Positions 53,032 to 62,986 are shown, counted from the first letter of the stretch. The stretch: DNA of 64,000 bases from Verrucomicrobiota bacterium (GCA_027622665.1 JAQBYT010000007.1:64001-128000), one strand, 5' to 3'. Numbers and translations: made by a program. Notes: a model not told the origin generated them from the sequence alone.

Positions 53032-53063
53032 GCATCCGGAATCGTCCGCATCCGGAATCGTCC
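53032..53063. repeat. Exact 16-bp tandem duplication GCATCCGGAATCGTCC x2
   Basis: Copies at 53032-53047 and 53048-53063, in a non-coding or degenerate stretch. Confidence 0.9.
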
Positions 53064-53215
53064 AATTTCTCGAGGATGGCCCGGTGGTCCACGGAGTTTG
53101 TTTCCGTCTCGGCTCCCAGTCCCGATGCCAAGAGCGAGTGTGCAAAAAATGGCTGGCTGCTTTCACCATCATTTCGTTGAAATTCTTTCTTATGCTTGGT
53201 TCTGAGAAAGAGGCG

Positions 53216-53740
53216 TCACTCCTTTACCGGCCCGATCAGCTCCACGAAGTTGCCGTCGGGGTCGTGAAAGACCGTGATCCGCATCTTGCCCCCGAGCGAG
53301 GCCGGGGTTTCTCCGAGTGTCTTAACCTTGGCCTTCTTCAAGCGATCGAGGGCATCGTCCATGTCGGCTACGCGAAGAGTAAGGTAGCTTATACCGATGG
53401 TGGAGTGAATGAACTTCTGGTCGGGTTTGGCTCCGGGGCGTTTTGGAAACGCCATGATCTTAAGCCGGGCAGAATCCGGCGAATCGCCCAGCACGAACAC
53501 CCTGACCTTCGCCGGCTGGTTGTCGGTGAGCCCGAATTGGGTCGCCTTCTCGGCCGAAGCCTCGAACCCCTTCACTTCCTTCAAGCCCACCACCTCGGTG
53601 TAGAACTTCACCGTGCGTTCAAGATCCTCCGCCACCATCCCGACGTCGACGATACCCTTGGCGAACTTGGCCGGTTCCCCGACAAGCGGAGACAGGCAGC
53701 ATGAAAGTGTCAGAAGAAGGGAAACTATAGGTGTTTTCAT
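53216..53740 (-). CDS. VOC/glyoxalase family protein with signal peptide
   Basis: GMVAEDLERTVKFYTEVVGL and FHDPDGNFVELI. Confidence 0.88.
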   Translation of the reverse strand: MKTPIVSLLLTLSCCLSPLVGEPAKFAKGIVDVGMVAEDLERTVKFYTEVVGLKEVKGFEASAEKATQFGLTDNQPAKVRVFVLGDSPDSARLKIMAFPKRPGAKPDQKFIHSTIGISYLTLRVADMDDALDRLKKAKVKTLGETPASLGGKMRITVFHDPDGNFVELIGPVKE

Positions 53741-53848
53741 TGCTTTTCGATAAACGTGGACACGAACAGATGCAAGGTCGCTTGATGGAGAGCCTCTAAC
53801 TTTTTAGACGAGGGGGATTTCACCTCTTGGTGTTGGAGAAGAACGGAG

Positions 53849-54598
53849 TTAATCGGCCAAGAGCTTCTCGACTTTTTCTTCCAGATTGGTCCTTGCTTTC
53901 TTATCCACTAGGTTGCCCTCTTTGTCTACCAGCCACATGGCGGGGATGCTTCGAATGCCGTGTTGTGTGGATATTTTGTTCTTCCAGCCTTTGCCGTCGA
54001 AATACTGGGGCCATGGCATGTCCTTCTTCTTGATGAATTGCGTGAGCTTGTCCTCGTTCGAATCGAGCGATATTCCAATGATTTCGAAGCCCTTGGAATG
54101 AAGCTTCTCATAGGTCTTCTTGACGTTCGGTATCTCCGCTACGCATGGCCCGCACCAAGTGGCCCAAAAATCAATGAGCACCACTTTTCCCTTCATTTTA
54201 GCCAAGTCGACTTCGGTGCCGTCGGTCGCCGTGAACTTCATGTCCAGCCCCTTGCCCAGTGCCTTATCCTTCGGAGGAGCCACCTTCTTGCCCGAGATCT
54301 CTTCAATTAGTTTTCCGACCAGAGCCAGACTCTTGCGGCAGCTTGTGTCGTCGTTGCGGCATTCGGCAAGAGTCAGTTTACAGCCGCAATCGCACATCTC
54401 GGCATTTGCGCGCTTCAGGATGATAGTTTTCTGTTCTGCGGTGAAGTCGGACAAGTCTACTTCGGGCATCTTGGTGAAGTTCGTCGGCTTTTTGAGGACT
54501 GTCGCCTTTTTCGTCTCTTTCTCGGCTTCTTCCTTTTGTTTCTGGCCGTACATTGCCAAAGTCAAAGCAACCATTAAAATTATTATTAAGGTTTTCAT
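53849..54598 (-). CDS. TlpA-family thiol:disulfide oxidoreductase with extra Cys-rich N-terminal module
   Basis: DFWATWCGPC, GISLD, IRSIP. Upstream CDCGC-x6-C-x6-C. Confidence 0.9.
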   Translation of the reverse strand: MKTLIIILMVALTLAMYGQKQKEEAEKETKKATVLKKPTNFTKMPEVDLSDFTAEQKTIILKRANAEMCDCGCKLTLAECRNDDTSCRKSLALVGKLIEEISGKKVAPPKDKALGKGLDMKFTATDGTEVDLAKMKGKVVLIDFWATWCGPCVAEIPNVKKTYEKLHSKGFEIIGISLDSNEDKLTQFIKKKDMPWPQYFDGKGWKNKISTQHGIRSIPAMWLVDKEGNLVDKKARTNLEEKVEKLLAD

Positions 54599-54668
54599 AA
54601 TGCGGCTTTCCTTTGGATTAGTTATATTGGGTCTGCGTTGGACCTAGCCCTAAGCTAATGGAGAATGT

Positions 54669-56015
54669 TTATCTGGCTTTATTTCCTGTCTTCCACGGCC
54701 CCGTGATGGCCAGGGTGAGACCACGGTGCTGGATGTTTACGAAGAGGGTGGACCCGTCCGGGGAGAAGGCGGCACCCGCCAATTCGCTTCCGCCTGATGA
54801 ATTGCGGGCCAGTTTGTAGAACTTCCCCTTGGGAGTGACGCCGACCAAGTATTGTTTGCCGCCTCCGTCCTCGCAGAGGATTACGTCGCCCCACGGAGCT
54901 ACGGTCAAGTTGTCGCAGTTGTCGACCACGTCCTTGTCGTTCGGTTCGGCGAAGAGTTCGAGTTCGTCGCCCTTCAGCTTCCATACCTGCCCGTGTTTCT
55001 TTTTTCCGCCATTGGTGCAGGTGAAGTAGATTCCGTCGTTGCCGTACCACATTCCCTCACCGCGAGCGAATCGAGCGGCCCCTGCGGCAAAGCCTCGGAA
55101 CCTGAGGTCGTCCTTGGGGGACTCCACATCGTCGATATCCATCCATGTGACTGCGATCTTTTCGCCAAGCCGAACGGTGGTCTTTTCCCAGTTTCGGGTG
55201 TCCAGGCTCTTCTGCCCGGTTGCCACTAGTGCTTGGAGTTTTCCTCCTTGGGCAAGCTTGCCCGCAACCTTGGGAAGGAAACGGTAAATCAATCCATCGT
55301 GCCTGTCCTCGGTTTCGTAGACGTAACCGGTGTCGGGATCGACGGCGATGGCCTCGTGGTTGAAGCGTCCCATGCCCTTGAGCGGGATGGGGTCGGCAAG
55401 TTTCGGTTGGTCTGTCGCGGGTACTTCGAAGCACCAGCCGTGATCCATGGCGCAAAGTTTTCCCGCCTTTTCCACGGTTTCCTCGCAGGTCACCCAGCTA
55501 TCCCATGGAGTTGGACCGCCGGCGCAGTTTCGGAGGGTGCCGGCGAGACTGAGGAATTGTCGGACCACCTTCTGCTTCTTCGTGTCGTAGACTACGGTCG
55601 ATGTGCCGCCGAGGGAAGGCGCTCCCTTGCCGGAGTCGTACATGCGCTTGCGCAATTCATCTGTTAGGTTTTTGTTGCCGGAGCCGAATGCTCCACCCTT
55701 TGCTCCTGTACCGGCATTCACCTCATGGTTGCGCACGAGCAAGGTGAGACCATCCGGACCCTTGAAGGTCGCCATGCCGTCGGGGGCTCCGGGAAGGTTT
55801 AGGCCGTCGTCCATTTTTTCACCGGCTCTGCCGATGATCTTATAGGAAAAGCCCTTTGGCAGGTCGATTACGTCCTCCGGATCGGATTGGAGGTCTCCAT
55901 AACCGGTTATTGCTTGGCTTTCTTTTTTGGCAGCGCAGGCGCTGAAGGAGCGTAGACCTGCGAAACCGATTGCCGTGGCCGAGGCGTTGAGGAGGAATTG
56001 GCGTCTTGCTTTCAT
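54669..56015 (-). CDS. PhoX-family (DUF839) alkaline phosphatase, Tat-exported
   Basis: ARRQFLL, PDGM, RNHE, NCAGGPTPW..TCEE, GRFNHEA, RGEG, DNCDN, CEDG, ELAG..FSPDG. Confidence 0.9.
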   Translation of the reverse strand: MKARRQFLLNASATAIGFAGLRSFSACAAKKESQAITGYGDLQSDPEDVIDLPKGFSYKIIGRAGEKMDDGLNLPGAPDGMATFKGPDGLTLLVRNHEVNAGTGAKGGAFGSGNKNLTDELRKRMYDSGKGAPSLGGTSTVVYDTKKQKVVRQFLSLAGTLRNCAGGPTPWDSWVTCEETVEKAGKLCAMDHGWCFEVPATDQPKLADPIPLKGMGRFNHEAIAVDPDTGYVYETEDRHDGLIYRFLPKVAGKLAQGGKLQALVATGQKSLDTRNWEKTTVRLGEKIAVTWMDIDDVESPKDDLRFRGFAAGAARFARGEGMWYGNDGIYFTCTNGGKKKHGQVWKLKGDELELFAEPNDKDVVDNCDNLTVAPWGDVILCEDGGGKQYLVGVTPKGKFYKLARNSSGGSELAGAAFSPDGSTLFVNIQHRGLTLAITGPWKTGNKAR

Positions 56016-56407
56016 GATATCTTGGTAATGGGAAAGGTGCTGGCCAGTACGACTTGTTCATCGATCTCAATGAGAATCGAATAATTGCCCTCCACTTCGA
56101 ACTTGAGGCGTTGGATATCGTTGATGAGATTAATCCTGTGATGGGGGCCGGGTGACTCGAATCTCTTCTCTATGATGGTGCGCGGAGATTCGTCCGACAT
56201 GGGAATACCGATCGTCATTTTGAGATCGTGCTTACCTGCGGGGAGGTCCGAGAAGGACAGAAACCAGATCATGCGCGGGTGCACCACGGGGAATTCCTTG
56301 GCCCGCAGGTTGGAGAAGATGCCGAGCAGGGTATGTTTTCCCGTTGCCGGATCGACGTAGACGGAATCGCAGGTGATCCATGCGAGAATTTGTGGTTTCG
56401 TTGACAT
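56012..56407 (-). CDS. DUF6941-like small beta protein
   Basis: CDSVYVDPATGKHTLLGIF..F-x-x-EG-x-Y. Stop overlaps the PhoX start (ATGA). Confidence 0.7.
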   Translation of the reverse strand: MSTKPQILAWITCDSVYVDPATGKHTLLGIFSNLRAKEFPVVHPRMIWFLSFSDLPAGKHDLKMTIGIPMSDESPRTIIEKRFESPGPHHRINLINDIQRLKFEVEGNYSILIEIDEQVVLASTFPITKIS

Positions 56408-56414
56408 CGACTTT

Positions 56415-58532
56415 TTAGTTGACCGATAGGCCACTGCGGACGAGTAGAGCATCGGGATCGGGGTCGCGCCCCATGAAGTCGCGGAAGAGTTCGTCGGCCG
56501 GTTTGGAGTTTCCCTTGCTAAGGATGCAGGTGCGGAAGGATCGACCGGTGTCGCCATTCATTACGCCTTCCTTCTTGAAACGGGTGAAGGCGTCCGCGTC
56601 CAGAACCTCTGCCCACTTGTACGAGTAGTAAGCGCAAGCATAGCCGACGGGACTGCCAAAGAGGTGACTGAAGCGGCGCACCATGCTGGGCGGTTTCGTT
56701 TTACGCTGTGCGACATATGCTTGCAGGACTTCGTCGAGCGACTCGTCCAGATTGTCGTAGCCGGTCACGGACAGTTTTCGGTGTAGTTCCAAGTCCATCT
56801 TCCCAAGGCAAAGTTGTCGCATCATTGCATTGGCCGTCATGTAGTTGCGGGCTCGCAACATTTTTTGGAAGAGTTCGTCCGGGATCGCTTCACCTGTCTC
56901 ATGATGGAGGGCGAAGAGATCGAGGCTGTCTCGTTCCCAGCACCAGTTCTCCATGATTTGGGATGGAAGCTCAACGAAGTCCCAAGCCACGTTCACGCCG
57001 CTCAGGCTCTTGTGTTTCACTTCGCTGCAAAGATGGTGAAGCAAGTGCCCGAATTCATGAAATACGGTTTCCACTTCACGATGGGTGAGGAGGGCGGGCT
57101 TGCCTTCCGTCGAGGCCGTCATGTTCCCGCACATGAGACCGAGATGGGGACCTAGAGCGGAACCGTCTTCCCCTGGTTCTCCGGTCTTCAAGAAATTCAT
57201 CCAGGCTCCCGCCCGTTTGCTTTCCCGTGGATGCCAGTCGGCATAGAAGGATCCAAGATGCCTGCCATTTTCGTTGTCGTATATCTCGTAGAATTTTACT
57301 TCGGGATGCCAGACGGGGACGGTTTCTTTCTCGTCGCCATCAAGAACGTTGGCGGGTTGGTCGTCGAAGCTTGTTGAGCGTTCCTCAATGCGGAGTCCGA
57401 AAATATTGGAAACCAGAGAAAACATTCCCGAAAGCACCGAATCGATAGGGAAGTATGGGCGCAGTTCCTCTTCATCGAAAGCATACATGTCCTGTTTTTG
57501 CTTTTCCGCCCAATAGGATACTTCCCAAGGTTCCAGCAAACTGTTTTCACTTTCCGTTTTTTGTGCCTTGAATGCTTCCAGTTCTTTGTTTTCCCGGGTA
57601 AATGCTCCCGCCGTCTTGTCGCGCAGGTCGGAAACGAAGGCATCGGCCTTTTGTCCGTTCTTTGCCATGCGGCGAGAAAGCACCACTTCGGCGAAATTAT
57701 CTTTTCCGAGCAAGGTCGCCTTCTCCAGTCGCAGATTGAGAATTTTGTCGATGACCTCGGTGTTTTCCCATTCGTCCTGCCAACCGACCTTGGTCGAGGC
57801 TTCCCATATTTCTTTCCTTATGGAGTCGTCTTCCAAGTATTCAAGGACAGGAGAGATGGAAGGCGCTTGCAAGGTGAAGCGCCAGCAGGGTTCGTCGCCC
57901 TCCTTTTGTTCCAACTTGTCTCTCGCGGATTGACGGGCGGCGTCCATGGCGCTGTCGGGAAGGCCTGCCAGTTTACTTTCGTCTCTAATGATCAAATCCC
58001 ACGCATTCGTGGAATCGAGAACGTTTTCGGAGAACTTTTGAGTGATCTTCGCCAATTCTTCCGAGATGGCTTCCAACCTGTCGCGCTTCTCTTGCGAAAG
58101 GTCGGCTCCCGCCTCTCGGAAGTCGATCATGGTTTCCTCGAATAGACGTTTGTCGGTATCCGTCAGTTCTTTCGCTTCCTCCGTTTCCGCGAAAGCCTGC
58201 AAGGCAGACCAAATATCGGGGTCCAAGGCGATTTTTGCTTCGAAGGCCGAAACTTTAGGCAGCATTTCATTGTGGGCCACTCGAAGCTCGTCGGAATTGC
58301 AGACGGAATCAAGGTGCGACACCTTCCCCCAGCAGTCGTCGAGCCCGGCTGTTGCTTGCTCCAAGGCTTTCACCACGTTTCCGAAGGTGACTTCGCCTGG
58401 AACGAGGGCCCGTATGGCGGCAAGGTTCTTTTCGGCTAACTCGATCGCGAGGGTTGTGTCCGGCTCGATGCGGGCAGGAGTAAGTTGAGACCAATCGGGG
58501 TGAAAGGAATCGTCGAGGAAGGGATTGCTCAT
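56415..58532 (-). CDS. prlC: Oligopeptidase A (M3A)
   Basis: KRAGAWM, FHEFGHLLH, WDFVELPSQIMENW, YYSYKWAEVL, FMGRDP. Confidence 0.93.
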   Translation of the reverse strand: MSNPFLDDSFHPDWSQLTPARIEPDTTLAIELAEKNLAAIRALVPGEVTFGNVVKALEQATAGLDDCWGKVSHLDSVCNSDELRVAHNEMLPKVSAFEAKIALDPDIWSALQAFAETEEAKELTDTDKRLFEETMIDFREAGADLSQEKRDRLEAISEELAKITQKFSENVLDSTNAWDLIIRDESKLAGLPDSAMDAARQSARDKLEQKEGDEPCWRFTLQAPSISPVLEYLEDDSIRKEIWEASTKVGWQDEWENTEVIDKILNLRLEKATLLGKDNFAEVVLSRRMAKNGQKADAFVSDLRDKTAGAFTRENKELEAFKAQKTESENSLLEPWEVSYWAEKQKQDMYAFDEEELRPYFPIDSVLSGMFSLVSNIFGLRIEERSTSFDDQPANVLDGDEKETVPVWHPEVKFYEIYDNENGRHLGSFYADWHPRESKRAGAWMNFLKTGEPGEDGSALGPHLGLMCGNMTASTEGKPALLTHREVETVFHEFGHLLHHLCSEVKHKSLSGVNVAWDFVELPSQIMENWCWERDSLDLFALHHETGEAIPDELFQKMLRARNYMTANAMMRQLCLGKMDLELHRKLSVTGYDNLDESLDEVLQAYVAQRKTKPPSMVRRFSHLFGSPVGYACAYYSYKWAEVLDADAFTRFKKEGVMNGDTGRSFRTCILSKGNSKPADELFRDFMGRDPDPDALLVRSGLSVN

Positions 58533-58568
58533 GTTGATTCGTTTACTTGTTATATAATAATGGTGAGA

Positions 58569-59762
58569 TCAATTCACGCAAAACTGGAGGATGCGAGCGG
58601 CGGAGGTCTTTCCCTCGGCATTGCCTTTTTCGGAAAGGGTTAAGCTGAGGGTGTGCTTGCCGGGTTTTAGGTCGTGGGCGAATACAACGCTTCGCGGATA
58701 GTGTAGACCGCCGCTATATCGATGACCCAGCGTAACCGTGCCCTTTACCTTGCCGTCGATCTCGAATTTCAAGACTCCCGCGTCTGGTCCCGCCAAAACG
58801 AAGGCCCCGATGGCGGAACCCTCGAAATCAATGCTAGTGGTCGATCCCGGCTTTTCGGTATGCAGAAGAGGCTTGCCTAAGTAGCGAGCTCGTTTCCCGC
58901 CGGAAAGCTTTTTCCATTCCGGTACGCTCCACTTCCATCCTCCTTCCAGCTTTGCCTTCTCCGGAGAAAGGAACCGTCCCTTAACGTAGCTGTGCGCGTT
59001 GAAGAGCTTTTGGGGAACGGGGTGGGGGACGCCCTTTTTCGCGAGCGGTCTTTTCCATGATTGTTCGAGCATGCTTGCTGCCAAGTCTGCCGCCAGCTGG
59101 TTGCCGGGTTTCTTGGGGTGAGTGCCCCCGAACTCCGCCCATGTGAAAGTGCCCGCGTTTATACGGTCGGCCACTTCCTTGGCGAGGTGGACGGCAGATA
59201 CCCCGTAGTGGTCGAAGACCTCTTGATGCGCGGCTATGGGCAGAGGTTGCTTACCATCCTGAAGCTGCTTGAGCATCCCGGGGTTCACGAAATAGGTGAC
59301 CACCACGTCGGCATTCGGGTTGTGGGTGCGTAAGTGGCGGATGATTCCTTCCATCCCGCGTTGAGCGGCTTCGCGGGAATGTCCGGCATCCTGATCGTCG
59401 TTTACCGCGAACTCGACGAAGAACAAGTCGACCGGTCCGTAATCCAGTACGTCCCGTTGGAGGCGGAAGGCGCCCGTGGTGGAGCAGGTGGAGGAAATGC
59501 CCGCGTTGGTGAAGGTGAACTCGGTGTTCGGGAAACGCTTTTGTAGCCACTCCCACAGGATAGGCCGATATCCGTTCATTTCCGTTATGGAGCCGCCCAT
59601 GAAGGCGACGTGCCCCTTCTTCTCCTTTTCGAAAACGAGGCGTGAATTATCAAAGTTTCCGCGCAGGAGCAGATTTGGGTTCAGCTTGGTTTCCTCGGCG
59701 AAGGTGGAAACGGCCGAGGCAAGCACGCAGAGAGAGAGTGTTCGGATCGAGTGGTTCATCAT
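58569..59762 (-). CDS. Secreted SGNH/GDSL hydrolase
   Basis: AFMGGSIT, NAGISST, VEFAVND, GTHP. Signal peptide. Confidence 0.85.
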   Translation of the reverse strand: MMNHSIRTLSLCVLASAVSTFAEETKLNPNLLLRGNFDNSRLVFEKEKKGHVAFMGGSITEMNGYRPILWEWLQKRFPNTEFTFTNAGISSTCSTTGAFRLQRDVLDYGPVDLFFVEFAVNDDQDAGHSREAAQRGMEGIIRHLRTHNPNADVVVTYFVNPGMLKQLQDGKQPLPIAAHQEVFDHYGVSAVHLAKEVADRINAGTFTWAEFGGTHPKKPGNQLAADLAASMLEQSWKRPLAKKGVPHPVPQKLFNAHSYVKGRFLSPEKAKLEGGWKWSVPEWKKLSGGKRARYLGKPLLHTEKPGSTTSIDFEGSAIGAFVLAGPDAGVLKFEIDGKVKGTVTLGHRYSGGLHYPRSVVFAHDLKPGKHTLSLTLSEKGNAEGKTSAARILQFCVN

Positions 59763-59773
59763 TTCAAAGCTTT

Positions 59774-60421
59774 TCAATGTTCTTGGCTCAAGGCGAGAGC
59801 TTCCTTGGCTAAAGTGGTGATTTCGTCGAAGCGTTTTTCCTCCAGCAGTTTGCCCGCCACAAGCCATGAGCCCCCTACGGCCAGCACCTCGGGCAGGGCC
59901 CAGTAGGCGGGAGCCTTCTCCAAGGTTATGCTTCCCGTGGGAACGAACTGGACGCCTTCCGCCTTAAAAGGGGCGATGAGGGCCTTCAAGAACGCGGCCC
60001 CGCCCGCGGGTTCGGCGGGAAAGAATTTCAGGTTTTTGCAACCTAGGGCCAGAGCCCTGCTCACTTCCGTTGGCGTAAGCACTCCCGGGAACAGCGGAAA
60101 TCCCGCTCGGATGCAGGTGCCTAACACGGCTTCGTCCAGTCCGGGCGAAACCCCGAAGTCGATCCCGTCCTCTACCAGTTCGGGAATCACGGCGGCGTTG
60201 AGGATGGTGCCCGCCCCGAGCAGCATGTCGGGAAAGCGCTTGCGGGTTTCCCGGAGCGCTTCCCTGGCTGCTTCCGTGCGCAGGGTGATTTCCAACAGGT
60301 TCATCCCACCCTCCAAGAGGGCTTCGGCCATGCGTGGACCGTCTTCGGGTTTTGATACGACTGCTACGGGCATCACGCGGTTTGCCCGAATTCGGTTTAC
60401 GATGGGAGAAGCTTCGCTCAT
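59774..60421 (-). CDS. eda: KDPG/KHG aldolase
   Basis: EITLRT, GAGT, VSPG, PGVLTPTE, KFFPA, VPTGSI, VGGSW. Confidence 0.92.
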   Translation of the reverse strand: MSEASPIVNRIRANRVMPVAVVSKPEDGPRMAEALLEGGMNLLEITLRTEAAREALRETRKRFPDMLLGAGTILNAAVIPELVEDGIDFGVSPGLDEAVLGTCIRAGFPLFPGVLTPTEVSRALALGCKNLKFFPAEPAGGAAFLKALIAPFKAEGVQFVPTGSITLEKAPAYWALPEVLAVGGSWLVAGKLLEEKRFDEITTLAKEALALSQEH

Positions 60422-60582
60422 TATGTTTTGCCTGCGTAGGGGGGGATGCTTGCTTCTGCAAGCGGTTTCGTCCGATCGCCCCCTTTTACGTCTTTCGCAA
60501 ATCACCTTATGAAGCTCACAGGCATTTCGCGACCATTTGCCCCGGAGGTTTTCTCCGGGTACTTTTTCGTCCACGCAGTAAT

Positions 60583-62040
60583 ATGAGTTCCGACTACGTA
60601 AAGATCGCCCGCCTAAAGGACGTTCCCGCCTTTCGCGAGCGCCTGAAAGAGCTAGACCTCGAGCTCCCGGTAGACGATGTTGTCCTTACCGCCGCCGCAG
60701 GCTCGCCCTTGGCCCAGCCCATCGACGTGAGCGGCGTAACCGTGGGCAACCGCTGGTGCATTCACCCCATGGAAGGCTGGGACGCCAACCGCGACGGTTC
60801 TCCCACCGAGTACACCCTCCGACGCTGGCGCAACTTCGGGCTCAGCGGGGCCAAGCTCATTTGGGGTGGCGAGGCCGCCGCCGTGCAGCCCGACGGCCGG
60901 GCCAATCCCAACCAGACCCTGGCCACCCCCGAAAACGAGGACGGTCTCCGGCAACTCCTCACTACTCTCAACGCCGCCCATGCCGAGAGTTTCGGCTCCA
61001 CCGACGATCTTCTCGTCGGTCTCCAGCTCACCCATTCGGGGCGCTTCTGTAAGCCCAACGACAAGCAGCGCTGGGAACCGCGCATCGCCTGTCACCACCC
61101 CTTGCTCGACGAGAAGTACGGGATCGATCCCGAGGACGATTCCATCGTCTGGACCGACGACGATTTGCATCGCCTCGTCGATACCTACGTCGAATCGGCT
61201 CGGCTCGCCCATAAGGTCGGCTTTCGCTTCGTCGACGTTAAGGCTTGTCACGGCTACCTCCTGCACGAGTTCCTTTCCGCCCGTTCCCGGCCCGGTCCCT
61301 TCGGCGGAGATTTCGAGGGTCGCTCCCGTCTCCTCAATACCATCATCGCCCGCATTCGGGAAGAAATTCCCGAGCTCATTGTCGGCGTGCGGCTCAGTTT
61401 CTTCGACACCGTCCCCTTTGAGACCAGCACGGAAATGGGCCGCCCGATGGATTTTTCCGACCACTTGCCTTATCTTCATGGCTTCGGGGTGGACGAAAAC
61501 GATCCGCTGCAACCGGACCTCGCCGAACCCCTGCGACTCGTGGCCGAGCTCAAGGAATCCGGCGTGGCTCTCGTCAACCTCAGTTGCGGCAGCCCCTATT
61601 CCAACCCACACGTTCAGCGCCCCGCCATCTTTCCGCCCAGCGACGGGTACCAACCGCCCGAGGATCCCCTCGTGGGCGTCGCCCGCCAGATAAACGCCGT
61701 ACGCGAGTGCAAGAAGGCCGTTCCGAATCTTCCCCTGGTGGGTACGGGCTACACTTACCTGCAGGATTACTTGCCGCACGTCGCCCAGGCCGCCGTTAGG
61801 GAAGGTTGGGTCGATTTCGTGGGTCTCGGCCGCATGGTCCTGTCTTATCCCCGGTTCCCCGCCGACGTTTTGGAAAACGGCGCCCTGCAACGTCGTTATG
61901 TCTGCCGCACCTTCAGCGACTGCACCACCGCTCCCCGCAACGGCATGATCTCCGGTTGCTTCCCCCTAGACCCTTTTTACAAAGAACTTCCCGAGGCCGC
62001 TCGAGTGAAGCAGATCAAGAAGGATCTAGCCTCGGGCTAA
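60583..62040 (+). CDS. NADH:flavin oxidoreductase (old yellow enzyme family)
   Basis: NRWCIHPMEGWD, GLQLTHSGR, DVKACHGYLLHEFL, GLGR, C-terminal CRTFSDC..C. Confidence 0.9.
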   Translation: MSSDYVKIARLKDVPAFRERLKELDLELPVDDVVLTAAAGSPLAQPIDVSGVTVGNRWCIHPMEGWDANRDGSPTEYTLRRWRNFGLSGAKLIWGGEAAAVQPDGRANPNQTLATPENEDGLRQLLTTLNAAHAESFGSTDDLLVGLQLTHSGRFCKPNDKQRWEPRIACHHPLLDEKYGIDPEDDSIVWTDDDLHRLVDTYVESARLAHKVGFRFVDVKACHGYLLHEFLSARSRPGPFGGDFEGRSRLLNTIIARIREEIPELIVGVRLSFFDTVPFETSTEMGRPMDFSDHLPYLHGFGVDENDPLQPDLAEPLRLVAELKESGVALVNLSCGSPYSNPHVQRPAIFPPSDGYQPPEDPLVGVARQINAVRECKKAVPNLPLVGTGYTYLQDYLPHVAQAAVREGWVDFVGLGRMVLSYPRFPADVLENGALQRRYVCRTFSDCTTAPRNGMISGCFPLDPFYKELPEAARVKQIKKDLASG

Positions 62041-62076
62041 AATCCCGGAGCGACAAGTTTCCCTTCGCCTCCACGC

Positions 62077-62780
62077 TGTCATTGTGAGGCCGCGGGGGGT
62101 GGCAATCCACACACACTCTTGTCATTGCGAGCCCGGTAGGGCGTGGCAATCAGGTCTCCTCACTTTTATGTCATTGCGAGGAAGGTCTCGAAGAGAACTG
62201 ACGTGGCAATCCAGTCTGATGCGTCATGTGGGATGCCGGGGCGATGTGGGATGCCGGGACGATGCGGGAGGCCGGGGCGATGCGGGATGCCGGGGCGATG
62301 CGGGATGCCGGGGCGATGCGGTGGGATGCCGGACGCGACCGCTGGATTGCCGCGTCGCTGCGCTCCTCGCAATGACAACGGGGGGAGTGGAATGGGCGAG
62401 GTGGGACGCGTCCCGGTTTTCGGGCGTATCACCCTGTACTGTCATTGCGAGCCACAACGTGGTGTGGCAATCCAGGTCTCCTCACTTTTTGTCATTGCGA
62501 GGAAGGTCTCGAAGAGAACTGAGGTGGCAATCCAGTCTGAGGCGTCATGCGGGATGCCGGGGCGATGCGGGGGTTGCCGGACGCGACCGCTGCGCTCCTC
62601 GCAATGACAACGCAAAAACATGGGGGATGCCCAAACGGTCGCTGGATTGCCGCGTCGCTACGCTCCTCGCAATGACAAAAGGGAGGACGGGAATGGGCGA
62701 GATGATGCGCGTCCCGTTTTTCGGATGCGTCCCACAACGCTGTCATTGCGAGCCCGTTAGGGCGTGGCAATCCGGTCTGA
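62077..62780. repeat. Dense array of nine arms of the GTCATTGCGAG/GGCAATCCAG palindromic family
   Basis: Forward arms at ~62077, 62120, 62169, 62441, 62490 and 62741. Reverse arms at ~62342, 62588 (partial) and 62642. Confidence 0.92.
62225..62333. repeat. 18-bp minisatellite (consensus GATGCGGGATGCCGGGGC), five copies plus a partial
   Basis: Read directly. Sits in the spacer between a forward and a reverse palindromic arm. Confidence 0.92.
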
Positions 62781-62803
62781 GGCGTTGCTTGAGATGACCG
62801 GCT

Positions 62804-62986
62804 CTAGCCGTGCTTGATCAAATCCTTCAGAATCTTCTTGGCCAAGCGCTCGTTGATTTCACGATGCCTTGGAACGGGTTGGGAAAAGCCGGTCTCTGGG
62901 TTATGATAGACATCATGCTTCGCCCCGTGTCTCAGCAATACGCAACCGACCTTTTTCAGCTGCTTGACGAGGTCTACTCTCTTCAC
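62804..62986 (-). CDS. hicA: HicA family toxin (mRNA interferase)
   Basis: 60 aa, basic. LRHGAKHDVY and VPRHREI. GTG start overlaps the hicB stop. Confidence 0.9.
   Translation of the reverse strand: MKRVDLVKQLKKVGCVLLRHGAKHDVYHNPETGFSQPVPRHREINERLAKKILKDLIKHG

Noticed and set aside
60541..60559. Hairpin CCCGGAG-GTTTT-CTCCGGG between divergent eda and OYE genes
   Set aside because: A single 7-bp stem at gene 5' ends; terminator, operator and chance cannot be told apart.
60652..61890. Long antisense ORFs (also 1935-2918, 36836-37693, 46886-47812, 51942-52709)
   Set aside because: Shadow frames opposite well-supported genes, expected from GC-rich codon bias.
62077..62780. Possible CRISPR array
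   Set aside because: Repeats occur in both orientations with variable interiors and irregular spacing, the spacers are themselves repeated, and no cas genes are present.
62084..62797. ORFs of 237, 154, 92, 88 and 77 aa over the repeat array
   Set aside because: They are translations of palindromes and the 18-bp minisatellite (HCE.., SLRG.., LDCRVA..LLAMT, GCRGDA repeats), with no protein-like features.
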